64,000 nucleotides of DNA from Podarcis muralis (taxonomy: Eukaryota): assembly GCF_964188315.1 (NCBI RefSeq), contig NC_135666.1, positions 20,150,001 to 20,214,000 of the forward strand. Reading direction: 5' to 3'. A program made the translations under genes and the position numbers. Positions 45,074 through 56,496 of this stretch are shown here, piece after piece. Position 1 is the stretch's first letter. Every line of letters starts with the position of its first letter. A model generated the notes under the pieces. The model was given only the letters and a program-made list of their open reading frames with translations. It was not told the DNA's origin and made no database searches.

Positions 45074-47665
45074 TATGAAATATTGCATGGCGGTATATGC
45101 AATACTGAATTAAGAACATAAAGAATAAGATATTTACACTGGACATGAGCTGGACCACCATTCAAACGGTGGACAGCTTCAAACAGAGGATTGTCCTCTG
45201 TAAAGGAGGCCATTCTCAACCTGATAGGTTCCTAAACTGTCTTCTGTGGTCCTCCAGTGGTCCACGAATTCATCCAAGGGGTCCATGGCATCTGTGGATC
45301 TGTGGCTGTGAAATATTCATGTTAACTCTCAATTGTTCTTTTAGTGGTTATGTCTGCAATTTGAATGGTAAGGCCATGAAATGTAGTCGACAAGAAATAA
45401 AAGCAGCAAGAAGAATTCAATTAAAAATAATACAGCACCTAGCACAGCACATTACAATTGCTACAGGTTGTACAATGACAATAAACGTATTATTGTTATT
45501 ACAAGAGGGAGGAAAATCAACAAGTGGTCCATGGGGGGGCGGGGGAGGCTATTTGGAAGCCACTGCTCTGGCTTCTAGGGCTACATTGAGTACATTCTGC
45601 CTCACACAGCATTACTCATTCTGTTTGCCCTCCTAACTGGTTGCTCATTTCACCCCCCTGCCTGCCATCTGCCATGGGAGGCCTCGCTCAAAATTCACTA
45701 AGATGTCCGGAGTTAATTTCGCCCAGCGTGTCTAGGGCTGATTGAAGAAATCTGCTATTGGCACAAATACAAAGCTTTTCACTATTTCCATATTTAAGTT
45801 GGATCAAGCTTGCTGGGAAGGTTGCTCTTCCAAATTAATATAACACAGCTTTATTGAAAATGTGCCGTTGCCAGAAGTGGCTCGCGATGATGAGATAGGT
45901 AAGGCACGCAGGAGGGCAGTAGCCTCCCCATGTTTGAAGTCGTGTAACTTTTGGGACCTCAAAATGGCAAAAGTTCCTCCCGCTTTTGTTCCTGACCTCC
46001 AGCAGTAACTCTCCCATTTGCTGAGCGGGGGGAACAGCATTTGAATCTGTGGGAATTCGAGCCTGTAAAAACATTTTTTCCCCTTTTAAGTACTGTAGAT
46101 TGCAACTATCCACAAGCTTTGGGGGAAAACAGTAGACTTTACCCTCATGATCCAATCATCCATTACTTGCAAAACCTTCAAAAACGGGGACGAGGAGAGA
46201 GAACATAATATAAATATTGCTTCTAGCCTCCTTGTCTGTGTTCTCAGGGTGGTTGTTTTTTTAGTGTCACAAAGACCCTTAATACACATTTGAAACTTTG
46301 TCTGTCAAGAGGAACCTTTTTGACGCTGCCCTCATTGTTATTTCAGGGTCTTGCAGATGAAATATAATGTTTATGGGACTCTGAGATTTGCACTTGTTCG
46401 TGTGCTATATATACATTGGGTTTATAAGAGGGAATGACCTAAACCACCTTGTTTTCAGGCAGTGATTCCCAAGGGTGGCAAAACAGTCTTAAAAACCAAG
46501 CTGGGGGAAAGGAGGCTTATAAATGTGTTAAATTGCTGGGGGTGGAGGGGTGGGTTGATTCCCTATGTGAATTTCTTCGACGTTTCTCATTTGGGGAAAT
46601 ATGTTCAGGATTAGAAATAAATTTAAAAACAAGCAGACACCTCAACCTTCAGTCACAAGTGTGTTCATATTTCATGAGCAGCTTATTCGTTTCAAGGTTT
46701 TTCTGTGTAATAACGTGCCTGTAGAACACACAAGTTCTGCAAATCATCAGCTTCAATGTGCAAATTTCTTCAGTCAAAATAGAGGGGGGATGCTTTTAAA
46801 TGCCAAGGTTTCAACAATAACTGGACTTATTTAACCTTGTTCTGTTTATTGGCCATACTAGTAGTGCTGCATCAAAAAAAATTCTTTCTGTTTTTAACTA
46901 CATTCCTCTGCCAAATAATGCCGGAAGAAATTGCGTTTGAAAATTACCAAATAAGAGAAAACTTTCCGTTAAATCCTCATGGGCGAGATGTGGGATTTAC
47001 TTTACTTTCATGGTAGCCAATGTCTGTATTCTTCCGCCATCCTGACTTCCTGCATTTCCTGGAAATCCCACAATATCATTGGCTGGGATTTCCTGGGCCC
47101 ACTGCATTGGATCTGCTGAGAGAGGCTCTGTTTCTATTCAAGTGGGTCATTAGATGAACTTTGTAAATTTTAAGAACTGGTTCCTGAATTTGCTTTTTCT
47201 CCTCCCCCCTTCCCCTTCCCCTTTCCTTTTGTGTCATGTCTTTTAGATTGTAAGCTTGCAGGCGCAGACTGGTGTGTACCGCCCTGAGATCTACGGATGA
47301 AGGGCAGTATACAAATTTAATAAATAACAATCATCACCATTATTATTTGTTACTGGTCATTTTCTGTAAGCCACTCTGAGAACTCTTTTTGGCTCAAGAG
47401 CATGGTAAAAGTGCTATAAGTAAACAGACACGAGCCCCTGTGACAGGCAGGCAATAAAAGGCCTTTGAATTGGTGAGGCTGATCCTGCCATGGCTTTTTC
47501 AACCTGCCTTGCCCCACCCTCCAGCCCTAGGAACCTTCATGAGGAAGGAAGGACTGTGAGGGGAGAGAGACTCTTGTTTTCCATCAGGGGCTGCTTGGTT
47601 TGACCTTTGCTGCTTCAGCTCAAGTCCGCGGAACCTTTAGAAGGGAGTTGCTGCCACAGGCAATA

Positions 47666-47877
47666 CAGTGGTACCTCGGGTTAAGAACTTAATTCATTCT
47701 GGAGGTCTGTTATTAACCTGAAACTGTTCTTAACCTGAAGCACCACTTTAGCTAATGGGGCCTCTGACTGCCGCGCAATTTCTGTTCTCATCCTGAAGCA
47801 AAGTTCTTAACCCGAGGTACTATTTCTGGGTTAGCGGAGTCTGTAACCTGAAGCGTATGTAACCCGAGGTACCGCTG
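47666..47877. mobile_element. Tigger-type MITE (212 bp)
   Basis: TA|CAGTGGTACCTCGGGTTA ... TAACCCGAGGTACCGCTG|TA. Inverted orientation relative to 51074 and 51935. Confidence 0.92.
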
Positions 47878-48166
47878 TATGTATATGTGTATTTGAATGA
47901 GGCGACTAGAGTGAAAGATTACGACTCATGGGTTGGTGGAGTGTGTGAACTTAACAGTGCTTTGTTTATCTTTCAGTTGCTGTTTTGTTAAAGTTGTTAA
48001 TACTGCTTTATAGATGAATGCCATATTGATTTGTTAATCATATAATATGACTTTTGCTTTAATTGTGATGTTTCAGCTGATTTTTTTAGTTGCTTCTTAA
48101 CAGCGTTTCATAGATTGCAATTGTTTCCCTGATGGCTTGTTAATTGTCCTATAAGATTTATGCAGA

Positions 48167-48269
48167 AAAATGTTCTGTTATGTTCTCTTACCGTATTTAT
48201 TTTTGTAAACTGCTTTTGTAAAATGTTCTGTTATGTTCTCTTACCGTATTTATTTTTGTAAACTGCTTT
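48167..48269. repeat. tandem duplication, 50 identical bp, period 53
   Basis: AAAATGTTCTGTTATGTTCTCTTACCGTATTTATTTTTGTAAACTGCTTT at 48167-48216 and 48220-48269. Confidence 0.95.
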
Positions 48270-48293
48270 GGGATTCATTTGAATGAAAAGCGG

Positions 48294-48430
48294 CATAGAA
48301 TCATAGAATCGTGGAATTAGAAGTCACCACGAGGGTCATCTAGTCCAATGCAGGAATCTCTTTGCCCAACGTGGGGCTCAAACCCACAACCCTGAGATGA
48401 CGAGTCTCATGCTCTGCTGACTGAGCTCTC
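48294..48430 (-). mobile_element. SINE with tRNA-Lys-like head and CR1 3' tail
   Basis: Reverse complement AGCTCAGTCAGCAGAGCATGAGACTCGTCATCTCAGGGTTGTGGGTTTGAGCCCCACGTTGGGC resembles tRNA-Lys, followed by ATTCCTGCATTGGACTAGATG...(ATTCTATG)2. Confidence 0.85.
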
Positions 48431-48889
48431 TCTCTCCACAGAAATGCAATAAATCAAAATCAAGGAGACCTTTTCATTCCTACCCAACAGTTCAGATATT
48501 CTGTGATCCTCAATTTCATTGATGGCTTTCAACATCTTCTTCATATTCACCTTCACCACCCCAGTCAGATATTTTTTGAAAGAACAACAACACAAACCCT
48601 TTTCTTAAAATTGCCAGACTTTTCTGCAGAATTTGGATTAGAAAGCAGTGACTCCCAACGTTCCAAAGGCTTCATAACTTTTACTGATGTAGCAGAAGTG
48701 TTTGCTTCTGTCATGCTGTATCTGTGTTCACAACAAAAATGAGCAGGAAGTCGCCTAGGGGCATAGGAGCCAACTCCTAGGGGCCGAGGGGCCTTCACCC
48801 CACACATAAAATATTTGAGGGGCCCGCGAGTAAGGGGGTCAAGGTATGAGGTATGCAAGATTAAGCACAGAGGGGGGAAAGACAAGTTC

Positions 48890-49190
48890 ATCTGCCTCTC
48901 TCACAATACCAGAATACTTATGAAACTGAGCACTGGGAAATTCAGGAAAGACAAAAAGAAGTATTTCTTCACACATGGATTTTTATTTTTTTACTACCAG
49001 ATGTAGGGATGGCTGCCAATCTGTTTTGAAGGGGGATTAGGCAAATTCCTGCCTAAAGGACAAGACTATCAGTGGCTACTAGTCATAAGAACTGTATTTT
49101 ACCTCCAGTATCTGTGGAAGTCTGCCTCTGAATGCCATTTCCTGGGTACCATAAGCAGAAGAGAGCTGTTGCGTTCATGGGCTGCATGAA
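48890..49190 (+). mobile_element. CR1 3' fragment
   Basis: GGAAATTCAGGAAAGACAAAAAGAAGTATTTCTTCACAC...GATGGCTGCCAA...CCTCCAGTATC. Confidence 0.65.
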
Positions 49191-50849
49191 CTTAACCTGG
49201 GCTGGATCTAGACACATAAAAAAAAAACATTTCAGGAAAATGCGTTGTAAACCTCATAATAGGAAATCATGTTGCTGAAAGACAGGACCCCACAGCACCA
49301 TCTGTTGTCACAGGTTATAATGCACTTAAAATGCTTTTTCTTTACTAATGTAGCTGAGTCCCTGGTTGGCCACTGTGAGAACAGAGTGCTAGGCTAAAAC
49401 GGGCCTTTGTTCTGACCCAGTAGGGCTCTCCTTATGGCTGATGATTGGTTTCCGTAATATTTCTCAAAAAGCAGGTGTTTCTTTTCCAAACAAGTTCCTT
49501 TGTAGCAGAACAGTCTGAGGGGGCAGAGCTTGTTTTCTATACCATAGCCTGACTTTGCTTGGAGGAGCTGCAAAAATGACTTATGTGTTTGTTAAAGGTT
49601 TAGTCAGAAGAGGAAAGAGTAACAAGGCACTGGCAGGGCTCGTAGATATTTTCTCCATCTTTCCTTAAAATGACTTTTCCAGGGAAATCTAGAGCGAAAG
49701 AACAACTGTGAGCCATCCCTGATCTCTGGAAATTGATCGGTGTTCTGTTTTTATTAAAAGCGGTGCCACCTTCCACCTGCCTTGTAACCAGAGAGCACCA
49801 CTCCGGCACTTCTTGTTCCCGTAGATTCCTCTCTCCTCCTGGACGTGCCAGGAATTTGGCTTTCGATGGGAGCCAGCATGGGTTAGATGTGGGAAATGGA
49901 AGAACTTTTGCAGCTGCTCCTCCTGAGTCAGGGAACAAAGTTTGAAGTGAGTTGAGTCAGTTAGCTGAGTTGCATTTCTGAAGAATGAAAACAGAAGAAA
50001 AAGAAAAGAGGGGAAAGAAGGAGGGGGGGAGGAATCACAAAGCAGATTTCCAGAGGCTGGTTTGTGGACAAAATTGCAGATCACTTGCAGATCAGAAATT
50101 GTCATTGAGTCAGATTCTTACAAAGGCCACTTCATTCTGCAGTAAGAGAGAACTAAGCACCCCCCCCTGCATTTTTTAGCCTTATTTTGTCACACAGAGA
50201 GACAAAATCCAAGGGGGCTGTACTGGAATATATGAGATCAGGCCATAGTCAGCTTCTAACAATTGCTTGCTTTTAAATCTGAAATAATTTTACAATACAT
50301 TCACATAGCATTAGCTTAAATTGATTCCATATCTGATGAACCTGTTTCTGTGCGAGTGTGCCCACTGGGGGGCAAAATAATGATTTGTGGATACAGCATA
50401 TGTCAGGAAAAACTTATGAGGTGTTTAGCAAGGGACTAAATTAAAGCAAAGTCATTTAATTTGCAGCAAGGGCTGTAATTAAGTGTGTGCCTGCTTGGAA
50501 GTTTCAAAGGGGGTAGAGGTTTATCCCATGCCACACTGCATCAGGGGTCTGCATCCTTGAACATCTATTGAGGTCTGGGCATCCTGGGAGAGTCCGTCAG
50601 CAAAACCTGGCATGAAGATGCAGCCATTGCTGCCTGCTCCCTCTCTCCAGGCAATGAGCGTTGTCTCTCCACACACAAAAACACCGAATCCCTTGGGAAG
50701 TTCCCTCCCCCTTGTGATACCTTCCCTGGTACCACAGATTTCAAAGGCGGTATGGTGGGCAGTTGGGACTAAATGGGCCTCTGGCCTGATCTTGCAGGGC
50801 TCTTCTGACCTCTTACCTCTTCTAATATCAAGAGTGCTGACATGCGGAG

Positions 50850-50960
50850 TTCACCCTTTACATCTTCACAACAACCCTGTGAGGTAGGTTAGGCCGACCC
50901 AAGGTTACTCAGTCAGCTTCATGGAAGAAAGGGGGACTTTAACCCAATTCCAGCACACTT
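50850..50960 (-). mobile_element. MIR-like (Squam3-like) SINE fragment
   Basis: CTTCACAACAACCCTGTGAGGTAGGTTAGGC...CCCAAGGTTACTCAGTCAGCTTCATGG. Confidence 0.6.
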
Positions 50961-51073
50961 AAAATAAATAAATATTTCACATGTATACCAATTATACAAA
51001 GTTCATATTCATTCATATAAAATAAACAGAGCAGCAACTTACAAACACTACACTTCAAGCAGATATCCTTATA

Positions 51074-51315
51074 CAGTTGTACCTCGGGTTACATACGCTT
51101 CAGGTTACATACGCTTCAGGTTACAGACTCCGTTAACCCAGAAATAGTACCTCAGGTTAAGAACTTTGCTTCAGGATGAGAACAGAAATCGTGCTCCGGT
51201 GGCGCAGCGGCAGCAGGAGGCCCCATTAGCTAAAGTGGTGCTTCAGGTTAAGAACAGTTTCAGGTTAAGAACGGACCTCCGGAACGAATTAAGTACTTAA
51301 CCCGAGGTACCACTG
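51074..51315. mobile_element. Tigger-type MITE (242 bp)
   Basis: TA|CAGTTGTACCTCGGGTTA ... TAACCCGAGGTACCACTG|TA. Confidence 0.92.
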
Positions 51316-51934
51316 TACTTCCCAGTTACATAGATAACCAGCAATACTAGTCCTTTCTTAGTCTCTCTCCTGCACTATACTGACTCTGAAAGATTGTCAA
51401 ACAAAATTGTAATGACTTTTTGAGGAAGTGAGTTGAGGGTTGCATCCGAAACAGACGACAACACAACAATTCTTCCAGGGTACAGGTACTAGGCCAGCAG
51501 CTTGATGACAGAGCACAAGAGTGCAACACCCTCCAGATATTATCTGTATCAGAAGAAAACTATGAGCCCTCCTCCCAGTTCCTCATTATGACTCAGCAAC
51601 TACTCCACTGAGTCATCATAGCTATACTGAACCCCAAGCCAATATCTGAGGAGAAGCAGAACTCTAGGATCCGTTCCAGAATTTCATTATTTTATTATAA
51701 TATTTATTATTATTATTAGTCTCTGTCTCTCTTTCGCTCAGTTGTCTTCATAAGTAACGTGGATTTTCTTGATCTGAAACAAGACTAAGATTCCCAGTTA
51801 AAACACACACACACTCTTTAACTCTTCAACAGTTTTATTCAAGCAAACATGTGAAACACTTTCAAGGCTTTGGGAAACTGGCCCTCACCAATACATTTCA
51901 GAACAATGTATTAACTCTTGACTAGTTGCAATTA

Positions 51935-52176
51935 CAGTGGTACCTCGGGTTACATACGCTTCAGGTTACATACACTTCAGGTTACAGACTCCACTAACCT
52001 GGAAATAGTGCTTCAGGTTAAGAACTTTGCTTCAGGATGAGAACAGAAATCGTGCTCCAGCAGTGCGGCGGCAGCAGGAGGCCCCATTAGCTAAAGTGGT
52101 GCTTCAGGTTAAGAACAGTTTCAGTTTAAGAACGGACCTCCGGAACGAATTAAGTACTTAACCCAAGGTACCACTG
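51935..52176. mobile_element. Tigger-type MITE (242 bp), near-identical to 51074-51315
   Basis: TA|CAGTGGTACCTCGGGTTA ... TAACCCAAGGTACCACTG|TA. Confidence 0.92.
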
Positions 52177-52324
52177 TATACCCTTCCTGTCTGTTTACAA
52201 CATTAGTAGCATACTATTATCCAGGGCAACAAAGCACATACTGGTAACTAGCTTACAAATAAATAGCTATAGTAGAACTTTATGCTACCCTCTAAGAGTC
52301 TCACTCTCTTCCAATAAATGCTGA

Positions 52325-52653
52325 GATTGAAAGACTCAGCAGTGGAGCACCTATTCTACTCTGGATACAGAAGGTCCCAGGTTCTATACACTGGAATCTC
52401 CTGGCAGGGCTGGGAAAAACTGTCTGAAATCATAGAGAGCCATGGCCAGTCAGTATAGATAAACTTGGCCCTCCAGCTGTTTTTGGACTACAACTCCCAT
52501 CATACCTCGCTAACAGGACCCGTGGTCAGGGATGATGGGAATTGTAGTCCCAAAACAGCTTGCGGGCCACGTTTGGCCACCACTGGTATAGACAGTACAG
52601 AGATAGGTAGACCAATGGTCTTACTCCCTATAAGGCAGCTTCCAATGCCCCTA
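52325..52653 (+). mobile_element. squamate tRNA-SINE (Squam2-like) split by a MITE
   Basis: CAGAAGGTCCCAGGTTC...GCCAGTCAGTATAGA [insert] ...GACCAATGGTC...TATAAGGCAGCTTCC. Confidence 0.7.
52461..52585. mobile_element. hairpin hAT-type MITE nested in the SINE
   Basis: Fold-back arms CAGCTGTTTTTGGACTACAACTCCCATCAT / ATGATGGGAATTGTAGTCCCAAAACAGCT. 8-bp TSD GTATAGAT (52453-52460) / GTATAGAC (52586-52593). Confidence 0.8.
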
Positions 52654-52914
52654 ACTTGTGAGTGACACCAGAATTATACCTGAAGTTCATTGTGGACAAG
52701 CATCTACTGGGACTATTTTGAGTATCTGCTTTCCAGACAGAGCATTGGAGTACATAGTTTCAAGGGGCACCTCTGACCCTTAAGAAGTCACTGGGTCGGA
52801 CTTGGTGGTACTCAGGTCCCCCTGAAATCACTGAAAAGATTGTCTAAGTCACACTGATGCATTGGGAACCAAGCATGACTAACATAAACTAGGTCCAATC
52901 CTTTGGTAATTACA

Positions 52915-53050
52915 ACTGACTGATGGCTCAGTTGGTAAAGAATGAGACTCTTCATCACGGGGTTGTAGGTTTGAGCCCCGTGTTGGCCAAAAGATTCCTG
53001 CATTGCAGGAGGATGACCCTGGTGGTCCCTTCCAACTCTTTTATTCTATG
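52915..53050 (+). mobile_element. SINE with tRNA-Lys-like head and CR1 3' tail
   Basis: GGCTCAGTTGGTAAAGAATGAGACTCTTCATCACGGGGTTGTAGGTTTGAGCCCCGTGTTGG followed by ATTCCTGCATTGC...GTCCCTTCCAACTC...ATTCTATG. Confidence 0.8.
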
Positions 53051-53449
53051 TGTATAGGATTGAGCTGTCAGAGCCTAGTGCAACAACAAAGGGGCTTGAC
53101 TCTGTGTTGGATTGCAATCTATGACTTCAGGCCTACCATCTTTTTAGAGAGCATTTTGCAAGAAGGTGAAATTAACGTGCATACTATCAGCCTGCGTTCC
53201 CAGGAGACTACCAATGTCTTATTATCAAGAAATGTTTTCCAGCTAGCTCCAACCTAGACAAAGTACCCCTGTCTTGCCATCGCTTGTGCTGAGTAGTGGC
53301 AAAACGTTTCTCCCACAGAGTACTGCAGCATTGTCAATAAAAGTGAATGGCGCTCACTCTTCATAATTTAAGAACCTACAAGCAATTTATCTCTTTTAGG
53401 CAGCCAGAGAGGGAGGGGGAATCTTTCTCTTACTCGTATTCTTACATGG

Positions 53450-53630
53450 AAACACAGGAAGTTGCCTTACACGGAGTCCATCTATCTCAGTATTGTCTCT
53501 ACTGACTGAAGTAACTCTCCAGAGCTTCAGGCAAGGAATCTTCCCTAGTCCTCCCTGAAGATGTTGGGGAATGAACCTGGGTCCTTCTGAATGCAAAGCA
53601 GGTGTTCTACCATTGAGTTACATTCATTCC
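53450..53630 (-). mobile_element. squamate tRNA-SINE (Squam2-like)
   Basis: ACACAGGAAGTTGCCTTACAC...TGAACCTGGGTCCTTCTGAATGCAAAGCAGGTGTTCTACCATTGAG. Confidence 0.7.
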
Positions 53631-53806
53631 TTTACAGTTAAAGAACATCTAATGTAATGAATGCTATCCAAGTGCATTGCTAATATCTGGGTACCTTTGT
53701 GCAGATGTTAGCAGTCTAAGAAACAACTCCTCTTTTTCCACCTTGCTGGGATTTAGAGAATATGCTTCCTGGCCTTTCATCCCGTGCTACAGGAGCAGGC
53801 ACAGAG

Positions 53807-53955
53807 AGTCATATAATTATAGATTTGGAAGGGACCCTGAAGATCATTTAATCCAACCCCCTGCCATGGGGAAATATGCAACTGACCAAACGCGGATCGT
53901 ACCTGAATCCTTGGTGTTATCAGCACAGTGTTATAACCAACTGAGCTACCCTGCT
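53807..53955 (-). mobile_element. SINE with tRNA-Ile-like head and CR1 3' tail, degenerate
   Basis: Reverse complement GTAGCTCAGTTGGTTATAACACTGTGCTGATAACACCAAGG...GGGGGTTGGATTAAATGATCTTCAGGGTCCCTTCC. Confidence 0.75.
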
Positions 53956-55681
53956 CCATCTCACTGCAGCTACCGTGACCTCAAAGTTCCAGCTGACGTG
54001 GAACTTTTAGGGGGCCTGGCCCCTTCACTGAATTTTTTTGGGGGACCTGCCCCCACTCCCCCTACCTGGCGCCCCTGTGCAGGTGGGGTCGCATGGGGAG
54101 AGGAGAGAAAGGGGGTGGAATTGCACAGCATTAGAAACAACCTTTCGTTTCATGTTGGTATGAAAGAAGTGGGTATTCCCAAGTCAAACTGGTGTGAATG
54201 GAGATCCAATCCCAGTCTCTCATGCCCATGAAATATTGCTCTCTGCAGCATATATTAGAGAGCCAACATCATTTCACCCTGTCGCAGAATGAATGGCTAT
54301 TAATATGCATCGATTGATCACTTAGCAGTAATTGCATCTGCTTCATTACGTGGGGAGGTAAATGTTCCTGTTCGAAACTTTTACTTAGAATTGGCTGTTG
54401 AAGGTAAAAACCTGCAAGCCAGTAGCTCTGGCAAGAAAATTTGGGGTAGCTGCAGAGTCTGTAGTGGCTTTCTCAGTAGGATTTGGGAAACCATTTCTCC
54501 CTGTTGATATGGAAGAAATACAGAACCCAATTTGCCTCAATAGCTGAATAATAAAATCTCTTTCGCGCAGACATTTCATGACGCTGCAGTTTGTGTGGGG
54601 TGTAAATATCAGAAGCATGGTGGGTGAGGCCAGTTGCCTGTTGTTTTCCACCTGGGTGCTGACTTCTTTCCCAGCCCAGTGAGGACCGGATGGGTAAAAT
54701 CCAACCAACTGGCCCCAGCACCATTGTCCTGGCGCTTGATCACACACCACAGTGTGTTGTTGGATTTCACAACAGAGAAGAGCTCAGAAACAGGTGTGAA
54801 CAAGGCGTAACTCATCCCTGCTTTACTTGATGTTCACCTGTGGTTTATTCTGCACCCCAGGGGGGTTCAGAAATGCCTCAGTTTGGTCTAATAGCTTTGG
54901 CTTGGGGGGTGGAATTATAAAATTGCTCACCACGACAGGCAAATTTTTCTCCCCCTAAAGAGAGATCTTGAGCTTTCCCAGAAGAATGGAACAAGGCAGT
55001 AATTTTGAAAGTAATACCAGCTCTCCCCACCCCCACCCTGCCCCACTTCCACCCATGCTCACGCCCTGCACGCTATAGACTTCTTTGCATTTGTTTTTTT
55101 TCTTTCAGAGACTGTTATGCTTCAACAGTCTTTGTGCACCTTTTTTGCATGAATACCAAAAATACAGTTTCTGAAACAGGATGCTGTCTCGTACAAACCT
55201 GGACCACTGTCTCCACTGACTGGGATTTCCAGGTTTTCAGACATGTGTCTTTCCCAACACTACCTGGGGAAGCCAGGGATGGGACATGAGTTTGGGTTTT
55301 GGGGTTTTGTTTGTTTGCATGCAGTGCATGTGCTCTTCCACTGAGTCCTGATGACCCATCAGCACTTGAAGCTGATAGGGTGCAAAGTGCAAGCCATAGA
55401 TGTGCAAGTCAGGTGGCTTTTAAGTTTTCACTTCTAGAGATGAATTCAAACGTTGAACAGAGTTTGCATGAAGAGTACAAATCAGGTGTTATTACTAGTG
55501 TTCTTTCACCACCTCCACTGCACCCTCTCTTTGCTGCCCAGCAGAACTCTTCTGGGTGATATCTTCAGATATTTTTTGAGCAAGATATCTAAAGGACTAG
55601 CCGCCTGAGAAACAGTTTCTATTCAAATGCGATTTTGGTTTTAAACGCAGTGTAAGGTAGTCTCTATGGGAGTTTATTGTA

Positions 55682-56036
55682 CAGTGGTGCCTCGCAAGAC
55701 GAAATTAATTCGTTCTGCGAGTTTTGTCGTCTTGCGATTTTTTTCGTCTTGCGAAGCACGGTTTCGGGAAAGTTTTGGAAAAGCTTCAAAAATCACCAAA
55801 GTCTTTAAAAACCTCAAAAAAGGCTACCACACCGCGGTCTATGAGTTGCTCCTCGAAGTCAAGTCGCAACTGTATTAACGGTGTTAAGAAAAAGGAAACA
55901 AACTTGCAAGACGTTTCCGTCTTGCAAAGCAAGCCCATAGGGAAAATCGTCTTGCGAAGCAGCTCAAAAAACAAAAAACCCTTTCGTCTTGCGAGTTTTT
56001 TGTCTTGCGAGGCATTCGTCTTGCGAGGTACCACTG
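55682..56036. mobile_element. Tigger-type MITE (355 bp)
   Basis: TA|CAGTGGTGCCTCGCAAGACGAA ... TTCGTCTTGCGAGGTACCACTG|TA, with internal GTCTTGCGA repeats. Confidence 0.92.
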
Positions 56037-56179
56037 TATTAATTATGGGATATCAGAGTTTTTAGGGGGCTAACCAGGCTGGGATAGCAGGCTTGTTGGT
56101 TTCTGAATGTGTGGTGTAGATTTTCAATTTCGTTGTTCTGTATGGGACAATGACAATAAAGATTATCGCATCGTGTCGT

Positions 56180-56496
56180 AAAGAGATGTCACATGCAGGA
56201 TGGAGCAAGCTTGTTTTCTCCTGCTCTGGAGGTTAGGACCTGAATCAATGGATTCAAGTTACAAGAAAGGAGATTCCGACTAAACATCAGGAAGAACTTA
56301 CTGAGAGTAAGAGCTGTTCAACAGTGGAACAGACTCCCATAAGAAGTGGTGGACTCTCCTTCCGTGGAGGTTTTTAAGCAGAGGTTGGGTGGTCCTCTGT
56401 TGTGTATGATCGAGTTGAGATTCCTGCATTGCAAGGGGTTGGACTAGATGATTCTCGGGCCCCTTCCAAAGCTCTACGATACTGTGATTCTATGAT
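56180..56496 (+). mobile_element. CR1 LINE 3' end (partner LINE of the Ile- and Lys-head SINEs)
   Basis: GGATGGAGCAAGCTTGTTTTCT...TTACAAGAAAGGAGATTCCGACTAAACATCAGGAAGAAC...ATTCCTGCATTGCAAGGGGTTGGACTAGATG...GATTCTATGAT. Confidence 0.9.

Noticed and set aside
44526-45219. Long ORFs spanning N runs (also 13118-13537)
   Set aside because: Artefacts of assembly gaps translated as X.
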